A stretch of DNA of 63,980 nucleotides, counting the filler, from Octopus bimaculoides (lineage: Eukaryota): NCBI RefSeq assembly GCF_001194135.2. It is 7 parts of 5 records of this genome, joined end to end, with 100 filler letters (N's around TTAATTAATTAA, not from the genome) between each part and the next. Parts side by side here need not be neighbours in the genome. Positions count along the whole stretch, not along the records: positions 50,265 to 59,611 come from NC_068981.1; positions 59,712 to 60,822 come from NW_026323501.1; positions 60,923 to 62,366 come from NC_068983.1; positions 62,467 to 63,980 come from NC_068986.1; 3 more parts are not named here. One strand, written 5' to 3'. This document shows, piece after piece, positions 54,096 through 63,980 of the stretch. The position numbers were made by a program, and so were the translations under genes. Each line of letters starts with the position of its first letter. Position 1 is the stretch's first letter. Below the pieces are notes generated by a model, which worked only from the letters and a program-made list of their open reading frames with translations, did not search any database and had not been told where the DNA came from.

Positions 54096-56290
54096 AGATG
54101 TTTAGATACATCTATCACCTCTTACTTTTTGTCCCTTATAAAAATTTCCCGGGAGAGTTACTGCTCACTTTCAGAAGTACTGTTCTAATTGTATCCATTC
54201 TTTTCTAACATGATAAGGGAGTGAAAGATGCGATTTTAGTAAATATTGAATGCGACTTCTGGCAAATCAAGAGGCCACGTAGAGGCCTCCTGCTGACTCG
54301 TCAGCAATTTCTTTTATTACATTAAGTATCATTTTAATTGAAAAAGAAATGGATGGAAACGACGAGAAGGGGCAAAAAAAATAATTATTAGAATGTCTAG
54401 CATTAAATATTATATTACATCGGTATATAAGCAGCGCCATGTCTCTATCTCTTAATGAAATGAAAACAAAATATATTTAAATCTCGGACGTTGAGGAGCG
54501 AAGAGAAAAAGAAAGGAAACTAAATAGGATTGGTTATTTTCTAAAGATATAAAGCCAAGGGTAGTATCAGTCAATTTCTATTTTGAAGACAGAATAAAAT
54601 CTGGGTCCGAAACAGCAGTTTTAATACGTATAGGTTACAAATGAGAGTCCAAGCTGGGAAGAGTGATGTTTTCAATGAAGGTAGATGAGGAGGGAAAAAA
54701 AGTTCCCCCTACACAACAAGAAAAAAATAACGAAAGAAAAGAGAAGAAAAAAGATGCAGCGAAACAGAAATTATCTTGAATGAGTTGGTTTGTCAACCAT
54801 AGCGTCGAGAATACAAAAGAAATGAAACGGCTAAATTGTATAAGTGAACATGGAAGGGGTTATACCGTTTAACACTATACTGTCGGCGCCATGGAGCACT
54901 CAACTTAGGGACGTCTAGTGATATCCTACCGAGCAGAGATTCATTAAGGTGAATCGAGAGATTAGATGCAAGGTCAGAGGTTAAGGGATAAGATAAATAT
55001 CGTTCAAATTACCTCCAAAAGTTGTCAGTTTTATTTTTATTTCTTTATTTGTTATCATTTATATATTTTTTTCATCACGGGACATTTGCTGGTCTTTCCC
55101 TACCGCACTATATTGCCACTTGTACGGCTAAACTTCCTATGTTTACTGATGCAGATTTTATATGAATACCTTATCCAGCATTTAATCCTTTCTTCTTTTA
55201 GGGCTGTGGGACAAAGGGTGTAGGGTCTAGAAAATAACATTGATTCATTGTAATTGAGTTTATGAGAGACCAGGATGATGATTGCTCTTTTAAGAAGGTT
55301 GCCACAGTTATTGTTTTCTTCTTCTTCTTCTTCTTCTTCTTCTTCTTCTTCTTCTTCTTCTTCTTCTTCTTCTTCTTCTCCTCCTCCTCCTACTACTACT
55401 ACTACTACTACTACTTCNNNNNNNNNNNNNNNNNNNNNNNNNNNNNNNNNNNNNNNNNNNNNNNNNNNNNNNNNNNNNNNNNNNNNNNNNNNNNNNNNNN
55501 NNNNNNNNNNNNNNNNNNNNNNNNNNNNNNNNNNNNNNNNNNNNNNNNNNNNNNNNNNNNNNNNNNNNNNNNNNNNNNNNNNNNNNNNNNNNNNNNNNNN
55601 NNNNNNNNNNNNNNNNNNNNNNNNNNNNNNNNNNNNNNNNNNNNNNNNNNNNNNNNNNNNNNNNNNNNNNNNNNNNNNNNNNNNNNNNNNNNNNNNNNNN
55701 NNNNNNNNNNNNNNNNNNNNNNNNNNNNNNNNNNNNNNNNNNNNNNNNNNNNNNNNNNNNNNNNNNNNNNNNNNNNNNNNNNNNNNNNNNNNNNNNNNNN
55801 NNNNNNNNNNNNNNNNNNNNNNNNNNNNNNNNNNNNNNNNNNNNNNNNNNNNNNNNNNNNNNNNNNNNNNNNNNNNNNNNNNNNNNNNNNNNNNNNNNNN
55901 NNNNNNNNNNNNNNNNNNNNNNNNNNNNNNNNNNNNNNNNNNNNNNNNNNNNNNNNNNNNNNNNNNNNNNNNNNNNNNNNNNNNNNNNNNNNNNNNNNNN
56001 NNNNNNNNNNNNNNNNNNNNNNNNNNNNNNNNNNNNNNNNNNNNNNNNNNNNNNCTAGGAACATCATATGTCACAAGGAAAAAAAATCTATTCATTGTTT
56101 GTATCTGAAAATTCCTTTTAAGCCCCTTTACTTTATAAGATATACCATTAACGGTTTCAAACTCAATAATAGCCATATTTTTAGCAGTTTCCGAAAAGCT
56201 CTTCAGTCTACAACAGTCTTGAATATCTTCTGGTCAATTCCTATCAGTTTCAAATCAAGTTATAAACAAAACGGTTGTAATACCATCACA

Positions 56291-56324
<34 letters not shown>

Positions 56325-56384
56325 CGTGCGTGTGTGCGTGCGTGCGTGTGCGTGTGCGCGCGCGCGTGCTTGTGTGTGTGTCTG

Positions 56385-56771
56385 TGTGTGTCTGTGTTTG
56401 TTCGCCCGCCATCGCTTGGCAACCGATGTTGGTGCGTTTACGTCCCCGAAACTTAGCGGTTCGGAAAAAAAGTACCGATAGAATAATTACTAGGCTTACA
56501 AAAAATAAGTCCTGGAGTCGATTTCTTCGACAAAAGGTGGTACTTCTCCAGCATAGCCGCAGTCAAATGACTTGGTTATGTCATTTTCTATGATCTAATG
56601 TTCAGTTCGCTCATGTAAATGATTATAGGTGTATTCCACACAGACTGTACTTGTAACCTAAAAGACGAGGCTTAACACACCTTGTCACGCTGAATCTGTC
56701 TAAGAATTATATCAATGATACATGAGTTTGTGCGTGCGTGTGTGTGTGTGCGTATGTGTGCGTATGTGTGC

Positions 56772-56808
<37 letters not shown>

Positions 56809-56890
56809 CGTGTATGTGTGCGTGTGTGTCTGTGTGTGATGCTCAGCCACTTACATGCTAATTCATTAAGCAAGGTAATCCAGTTGACTT
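56385..56890 (+). mobile_element. Group B SINE body (56385-56572) and group C SINE tail with inserted microsatellite (56645-56890)
   Basis: CCCGAAACTTAGCGGTTCGG..CCAGCATAGCCGCAGTCAAATGACT; GTCACGCTGAATC..GCTCAGCCACTTACATGCTAAT. Confidence 0.8.
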
Positions 56891-57673
56891 AACAACTAGA
56901 AGCTCGTCGTGGAAACCGACGGAAAACTCTCCATGTGTCTGTGTGTGTTAGAGAGAGGGAGAGAGACAAAGACAGAGATAGACAGACAAAGACAGAGATA
57001 GAGAAAGAGAGAGAGACAGATAGACAGACAGAGAAAGAGAAAGAGAGAGACAAATCTTGCATTATTTTATATGTAAAGACTACATTTACTATCCATTGTG
57101 TCCTTTCATATTCAAGCCACATAAAGTGGTTAGACAGAGATTTGGCTGTTATTTGTAGCTGATCGAGTAACATCAAATTTCTCCTTAAGTATTGTAATTA
57201 TGTATGCAGCTGGAAAAAGAATAGGGTGCTTGGAAACCGCGAGTATATGGAGACTTGATCTGCTAGAACTCGCTGCCAAATCTCCATGAAAGCATTCAAA
57301 AATAAATATGGCGTTTGCATTAGAAGCCTTACACAACTAAGCATGAATGTCTTCAAGAAACATTCTTTATAATATTTATTATGCTAGTTATAACACCCAT
57401 GTGTTCGAGTGATAAGCTTTAAACATACTTAAACTATGGACGGAAATCAAAGGCACAACTAAAACCATTGACATTTCGAAACAACTTATAAATTTATGCA
57501 ATAATATTTGAATACGAAACTTTACAAAATCAGTTTTTCCTCTTCATTTTTGTATTTGGTTTCTCTTTTGTATAAGATGGTTTTTTTTTCTTAGTGCAAA
57601 CAAATATTATGCAGTTTGTCTTAGCAAGCGTGTTATGGGAGTTCTCTACACATGTGACTCTCTGTTGCGGCGT

Positions 57674-57762
57674 TCATTTACACTCGTCTGTGCTCGTTAG
57701 CAATCGTTAAGTCTGCCTTCGTTTATGTTCGTTCAAGTTCGTCTACGTTCGTATCGATTCGT
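57674..57762. promoter_or_regulatory. 10-bp-phased (T)TCGT array, candidate regulatory element
   Basis: TTCGT at 57718, 57728, 57738, 57748 and 57758; TCGT at 57684, 57694 and 57704. The phasing is directly visible; the function is inferred. Confidence 0.4.
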
Positions 57763-57775
57763 ATAACACACACAC

Positions 57776-57806
<31 letters not shown>

Positions 57807-57816
57807 NNNNNNNNNN

Positions 57817-57865
<49 letters not shown>

Positions 57866-58437
57866 GAACGTTCTACACACACTCATTAAGATCGAATGAT
57901 GAGTAAATTGAAGCAGAGCACATGGAATGATGGATGCGTTCTCCGCCGGGATTCAAGAGAGGGTTAACAATCATAGTGCTAATTCGTTTAAAGCTTTGAC
58001 ATTCTGATCTGGCAGCGAATTTGTGATAATCCAGATTTCAAATAGTGATAATAATGCCGACGTGATCTTTAACGGCCGCATTTCTCTTCTTCCCTCTCTT
58101 TCTCACTCTCTCACTATCTCTTTCTATCTACTCCTACCATCCTCCCCTCTTTCATTTCATCTTCCTCTCTTTTCTCTCTTGGCCGACAAAGCCGGCAGCT
58201 GCAACTGATAATAGTAACGCATAAAGAGCAGGAATTCACGCGCAAAAACACATGCGATTTGACGCACTTTGACATTCATATAAATGCTTATGTTTATAGA
58301 CACACAGACATACTGACAAACAGGCGGACAGACAGACAGCCAAACAGACTCGCAAAAATGATAGATACACAGATAGATAGATAAATAGATAAATTGATAA
58401 TTGTGTCTGCCGTGTATATTATATACAAATGAATACA

Positions 58438-58480
<43 letters not shown>

Positions 58481-58575
58481 ACGTGTGTGCGCGTTGGTGC
58501 ATATTTATGCATATACGTCACATGCATATATACATATGTAAGTATATATATATATATGTATGTATATAGGTAGGT

Positions 58576-58645
<70 letters not shown>

Positions 58646-58731
58646 GTATGTGTATATATCTATATATGTGTGTGTATATATATATATACTTATATATATG
58701 TATGCATATATATATATATATGAATATATAT

Positions 58732-58767
<36 letters not shown>

Positions 58768-58806
58768 TTGGAGAAATTAAGTTATACACACTATTCTTGT
58801 ATCTTT

Positions 58807-58865
<59 letters not shown>

Positions 58866-59760
58866 TACGCATATGTGAATATGTATGTGTGAAAGAGAGA
58901 GCGCGAGTATATATCTACTCACAATTTGGCTCTGCTCACAAATGTCAGTCACCCGACAATTTTTTTTTTCCTAACATCTCAACATTCCACACCAATTCAG
59001 TCCACATTACACTTATAAACCACACCACAACACCTCTCGCCTTTCTGCCCCTTATATTTATAGACGTCGACCTACCCACACACCTATAAATCGCATTCTT
59101 ATTCACTTGATCCGATGCTTCTATAGTTACCCTCAACTTCACCACCTCGTCACCCCTCTACTAAAATGCCTTAACCTCTCCCCTTCTCGTTTTATTTCAA
59201 CCATTTCTCACTTTACTCTTTGTATTTAGCTCCCTGCCAATACAATCTCCACAGTCATTAACACCGATGACACTACTTCCATGACCACCACCACCATTCC
59301 CATAACTAATCACTGTTTTCTTTTGGTGAGTGAGGGTTGTTTTTGTTTTTGTTTTTTGTTTTTTACAGAAAATTAAATTAAATAAAATATTAGGGCACAA
59401 AAAACAATACACAAACCCTTATCAAAGCAGAAAAGAAAATAGCTAAAATATAAAAACTACACACTCACACAATTGCACACACATATATACATACACATAC
59501 ATGCATGCATTCATACATACACACACATACATATATACATATATATATATATGTGCACATATGTATACACACACATACATATGTATGCATATGTGTATAT
59601 ATATATATATANNNNNNNNNNNNNNNNNNNNNNNNNNNNNNNNNNNNNNNNNNNNTTAATTAATTAANNNNNNNNNNNNNNNNNNNNNNNNNNNNNNNNN
59701 NNNNNNNNNNNAGTGAAAGTACGTTATAAAAATAGAACTACTGAATAATAATAATAATAA

Positions 59761-59870
59761 TGGTTTCAAATTTTGGCACAAGACAAGCAATTTCGGAGGA
59801 GGGGATGAGTCGAAAACATCGACCCTAATACTCAACTAGTACTTATTTTATCGACCCCCGAAAGAATGAT
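59761..59870 (-). mobile_element. Group A SINE 3' part
   Basis: TTTCAAATTTTGGCACAAG..GTACTTATTTTATCGACCCCCGAAAGAATGA. Confidence 0.85.
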
Positions 59871-60008
59871 GTATTGACTGACACTTCTGAGCCTGTGAAC
59901 TTGCGTACTTCTATCGACAAAAGTACTACATATACTGTCATTATTAACAAAGAGGCTCCACTAAATCGAAAATTCGATTTACATAAATATTGCACTGCTG
60001 GCAGTTAG

Positions 60009-60081
<73 letters not shown>

Positions 60082-60120
60082 ATAACCATCTATCTATCCG
60101 TCTGTCTCTGTCTGTCTGTC

Positions 60121-60213
<93 letters not shown>

Positions 60214-60461
60214 ATATATGTATATATATACACATACCTAACAAACCTATATGTATAATCGGTAATAAAAATTTAATCTATGTATCAGCACGAATTCCAC
60301 GTCCTCTAGTTCGTTTTCTATGTTTTTGCTCTTTATGTTCGCATTTCTCATTGTGTCTACGTTTTTTTTATGTCCTATACCCATATATGCATGTACATAT
60401 ACATACATATGTAGGTATGTGCATATGTATATGTATATATGCATACATATATACATATATG

Positions 60462-60534
60462 TAGACAACAAACAGATGTATTAGTTTAACGCTCGGGAAG
60501 TGAAAAAGTCTTTAACGTTTCGAGCCTACGCTCT
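60462..60534 (-). mobile_element. Penelope tail fragment with stem II-GAAA-stem III of the 30386 hammerhead family
   Basis: Minus strand GAGC GTAG GCTC GAAACGT..GAGCGTT AAACTAATAC; truncated just before the core. Confidence 0.75.
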
Positions 60535-60548
60535 ATATGTAATATATG

Positions 60549-60631
60549 TAACAATTATTCGGTTGCCATAATAAAAATCCGAATTTCGGATGTCGGGGCG
60601 GAAATCTGCTCCGGCATCTCGTCAGTTATTA
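60549..60631 (-). ncRNA. Type I hammerhead ribozyme (canonical core)
   Basis: TAATAA-CTGACGA-GATGCCGG AGCAG ATTT CCGCC CCGACATC-C-GAA-ATTCGG(16 nt)CCGAAT-A-A-TTGTTA; all three stems pair; AUA triplet. Confidence 0.75.
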
Positions 60632-60786
60632 AGACAAACAAAAATGCTATGAAAATGACCGTTAAACAAAGGGAAATTACTATATAAATGACCGTTATTA
60701 AGACAAAAGAGCTATTAGAATGACCGTTAAATAAAGAGATGTATAAATTTACACAACATATACATACACAGAGGCACACACACACA

Positions 60787-60822
<36 letters not shown>

Positions 60823-61160
60823 NNNNNNNNNNNNNNNNNNNNNNNNNNNNNNNNNNNNNNNNNNNNTTAATTAATTAANNNNNNNNNNNNNNNNNNNNNN
60901 NNNNNNNNNNNNNNNNNNNNNNTATACATGCACACATACACATATGGAAAAATAATGATGAAATTAAAAGAAAATGTGTTTTTCCTTTTATATCACAGTT
61001 AATTAATTCCGAAGTATATTATTACAGTCAAATCATTTCAAAATACAATAACATGCACTGGAAAACAGATTATCACAATCAAATTATTTCGAAATACATT
61101 TTCATAATTACTTGAAGGAAAATTGGAAGAGATGTTTAGATGATTGTTTAGGTAAAATGT

Positions 61161-61990
61161 TTGGATAGACTTTCTATATTCAAGACTCTCATAAATAATA
61201 TTTACGATAACATTTATTTTACTATGTTCACTATGGAATACAGCAAAAATAGATTTCCTTTTTTTGACATATTAAAGAAAAACAATATAGGATTGAGACC
61301 TGTATATTATAAACCAACAGACTTGAGACAATATTTAATTTTTTTACTTTGTGCCACCCAAAACACACAACAGTCAGAGTATCCTGCACAATCTAGCTAT
61401 AAGGGTATTATGATTGCATCAAGTTCAAATAACCAAATGAAAATACTAAAGGAAGTGATTTTCTGAACAGAAGATGTTATCTGCCATTATTAATTAACAA
61501 TGCTATTTCGCCTGTCGCTACATTCTGAGTTCAAATTCTGCCAAAGTTGACTTTGTCTTTCATCCTTTTGGGGTTGATAAATTAAGTACCAACGAAACAC
61601 TGAGATTGATTTAATTGACTAGTTCTCTCCCCACAAATTTCAGGCCTTGTGCCTATAGTAGAAAGGATTATTAATTAACAATGCAATCAAAAGAGAAGAA
61701 GCAATTAATATTAGTGATTTAATACTATGAAAAACCAAAACAGAAACAAATGTTTTACTGAACATCTCAATTTATAACCCTAAGAGAACTGAGTATTTTA
61801 ATATGATTAAGCAAAATTTACCCATATTAAGACATGATCCTAAAATTAGGAGAATTTTAGAAAGCAAAAATTAATTAAAAGCAAAAAGCAGCCACATTCA
61901 TTAAGGAGATTTTTAATAAGTGCCCAATTATCTACCAGCATAACAGTAAACCCAACAGTTAAAAAATACCAAAGTTCAAATTAATAAGTA
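61161..61990 (+). mobile_element. Penelope RT C-terminal/linker remnant interrupted by a SINE
   Basis: FTMEYSKNRFPFFDIL..VYYKPTDLRQYL..; PLLINNAIKR..YNPK..IKQNLPIL..KSKKQPHSLRRFLISA. Confidence 0.8.
61504..61666 (+). mobile_element. 5'-truncated group A SINE with 18-bp TSD
   Basis: ATTATTAATTAACAATGC at 61486-61503 and 61667-61684. Confidence 0.9.
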
Positions 61991-62189
61991 AATTTTTTTC
62001 TTATCTTCCTCACCAGTACCATGACTGTCTCCCATGAACACTTCTAAAGATTTCCCACCCCCACTTTGGTTTTATCCCCCTATGTAAGGTAGAGATCATA
62101 TGGTGCATAATACGATAGTATAGTGGATGCTGGCTGAAGGGAATGCTACTGATTGTTATGTTCTCTGCAAAATGCGAGCTTTCTTTTCA

Positions 62190-62366
62190 GGTACATGACG
62201 CCGTTCCCCGTCCCAAGGTTTTACGAGTCCATACCCCCCACACCCTCAGGGTTGGCACTCTTAACGTCGGCACACTGAAAGGTAGATCTGGTGAGATTGT
62301 TGAGATGCTTGAACGGAGACGTGTCGATATCTGCTGCCTCCAAGAAGTAAGGTGGAGAGGTTGTTC
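62190..62366 (+). mobile_element. RTE-clade LINE, start of APE endonuclease (gap-truncated)
   Basis: LRVGTLNVGTLKGRSGEIVEMLERRRVDICCLQEVRWRG: APE motifs I-II with the QE.RW signature typical of RTE. Confidence 0.88.
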
Positions 62367-63029
62367 NNNNNNNNNNNNNNNNNNNNNNNNNNNNNNNNNN
62401 NNNNNNNNNNTTAATTAATTAANNNNNNNNNNNNNNNNNNNNNNNNNNNNNNNNNNNNNNNNNNNNTATACACGCACACACTCGTATATCCAGTTGAAAT
62501 AATTTGGTCAAAGGTGATGACGGAATCAAATAATCTAACATGAGTACTTTTACTTCTGAAACATGTAAACGTGACTTAACTGTAATTGAAACCTTCTTCC
62601 ATTGTGCATCACCATGTGTGTATGTATGTATGTATGTATGAATGTATGTATGTATGCATGTATGCATGTATGTATGTATGTATGTATGTATGTATATATG
62701 TATGTATGTATGCACGCATGGATTGATGGATGCGTGGATGACAACAACGACGATAGCGAAGATAACGACGATGTCGACGACTTCGGTGACGACTCAATAA
62801 AAAAAAAATCTCTAAAGAAAAACTAGTGACACTATGTACTATAAATTTTGCTAGAATAAAATCTTCTGTAAGATTACATGGAAATTACTGGCACCAAGTT
62901 CACAAAAACTAAATTGCTTGCACACGCAATTGTTTTCAAGTTTTCCATCAAAGTATATCAAATGTGTTTAACCCTTTAACAATTACATTCTATTTTCGTT
63001 TCCATGTTTATTTATTGAGATGCTTTGAA

Positions 63030-63340
63030 TTGTTGTTGTTGTTGTTGTTTGTTCCTTCTCGAGCCATGTCTGGCTCATAAGGGCCAGTCTTCCGGTTTCA
63101 TTGGCTTATAGGTTTTCCACCTGGACGGGACGCCAGTCCGTCGCAGGTGAGTTTCTAGATGCAGGAGGAAGGAGTGAGAGAAAGTTGTGGAGAAAGAGTC
63201 AACAGAAGTTCGCCATTACTTTCTGCCGGAGCCGCGTGAAGCTTAGGTGTTTCGCTCATAAACACACACATCGCCCTGTCTGAGACTCGAACCCACGATC
63301 CCTCGACCGCGAGTCCGTTGCTCTAATCACTAGACCATGC
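63030..63340 (-). mobile_element. Group C-head SINE with central module 1 and a (CAA)n-tailed alternative 3' end
   Basis: Shares GTGAGAGAAAGTTGT..TGCCGGAGCC with the 6114 and 27016 copies; tail is different. Confidence 0.85.
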
Positions 63341-63699
63341 TAGACCACATGCTTTGAATTAACCTCGCATTACCTTGTAGCTTTGAGATTTTGATGAGAA
63401 GACTGTTAATTTTCAGAATGATATTGCAGGGCTGGTGAGAGAGGTCAAATCAAGCCAGTTTGAACCTAAAACTTGTAGAATATTTGGACCCGATATGACC
63501 TGTTTAAATACTAAAAGGTTAAAATAACGAAATCTTGCTCCTACATGATGCTACATGATTCTGTGAATGGTGGATAGCATGGTTCGATCGACCCAGTCAA
63601 TAGAGAAGAAAGGAAGATTATAGAGTAGGAAGGAACGGTGTTGGGGATGACAGCCGTCACCTTGGATATAAATAAGGATAGGTGATTATTATCATCATC

Positions 63700-63771
<72 letters not shown>

Positions 63772-63980
63772 GTTCAAGCGGATGGACGTGTCTCCCGAAG
63801 CTCTGTAAGTTGTTGCCGTTTTTACCCGGAAATCTTTTGAAATCTGTTTTAAATTTTATATATTGTTGTAGCCAAGCCGACTAGGTTCTTGCGGAGTTAG
63901 TCGGTTAGGCGAGATTTCCCCCATTTAGGGGTGAATTCTTCGTTTGAAAAACTTCCATTTTCACATTTCACACGTATCAT

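Larger units (their letters stand above)
29020..62422. other. Assembly spacer TTAATTAATTAA embedded in N-gaps (six occurrences)
   Basis: Identical 12-mer flanked by Ns at 29020, 43797, 50209, 59656, 60867 and 62411; it has stops in all six frames. Confidence 0.95.
1..63980. repeat. Very dense microsatellites: (TA)n, (CA)n, (GA)n, (ATCT)n, (TATG)n, (TAA)n, (CTT)n
   Basis: Examples: 785-985, 1415-1490, 7617-7661, 17296-17341, 31925-32110, 35195-35285, 55317-55416, 58805-58865, 63686-63772. Most N-gaps abut such tracts. Confidence 0.99.

Noticed and set aside
22607-56593. Large ORFs filled with X
   Set aside because: They are open only because N-gaps and microsatellites lack stops.
57711-57762. 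CRISPR-like repeat-spacer array
   Set aside because: 5-bp repeats with 5-bp spacers in a eukaryote with no cas genes; kept only as a phased motif array.
29020-62422. Recurrent TTAATTAATTAA as a repeat or regulatory motif
   Set aside because: Always centred in an N-gap; a six-frame-stop assembly spacer.
63870-63910. Twister ribozyme (TAACTCCGC on the minus strand inside a stem)
   Set aside because: The P2/P4 and pseudoknot partner sequences are absent; it is only a simple hairpin.

Overview
A gappy, AT-rich, repeat-saturated eukaryotic window. The SINE families and microsatellite load look like those of an octopod cephalopod (Octopus-like); this is recognition from memory, not a database hit. 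I could not support any intact host protein-coding exon. Nearly all ORFs in the track are microsatellite read-throughs, N-gap artefacts or transposon remnants. Supported content: (i) several minus-strand R4/Dong-type LINE remnants (RT plus restriction-like endonuclease), several beside (TAA)n arrays; (ii) Penelope-like elements (RT, GIY-YIG, 3' pLTR-type tails); (iii) Tc1/mariner remnants, including a derivative with two 5' ends and a MITE; (iv) an RTE LINE endonuclease start; (v) three tRNA-derived SINE groups with modular bodies; (vi) a roughly 1.4 kb purine tract. The main hidden signal is a set of hammerhead-ribozyme-like folds from at least four unrelated sequence families (254-312, 19204-19262 and its copy 19660-19718, 30386-30446, 60549-60631), two directly tied to Penelope elements. 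They include a U3-A8 core variant whose element ends exactly at the predicted cleavage site, and a dimer-type fold. Also notable: a 10-bp-phased TTCGT array with non-repeating spacers (57674-57762) and a 113-bp locally templated copy of a decayed LINE. All folds and motifs were read by eye; none were computed.
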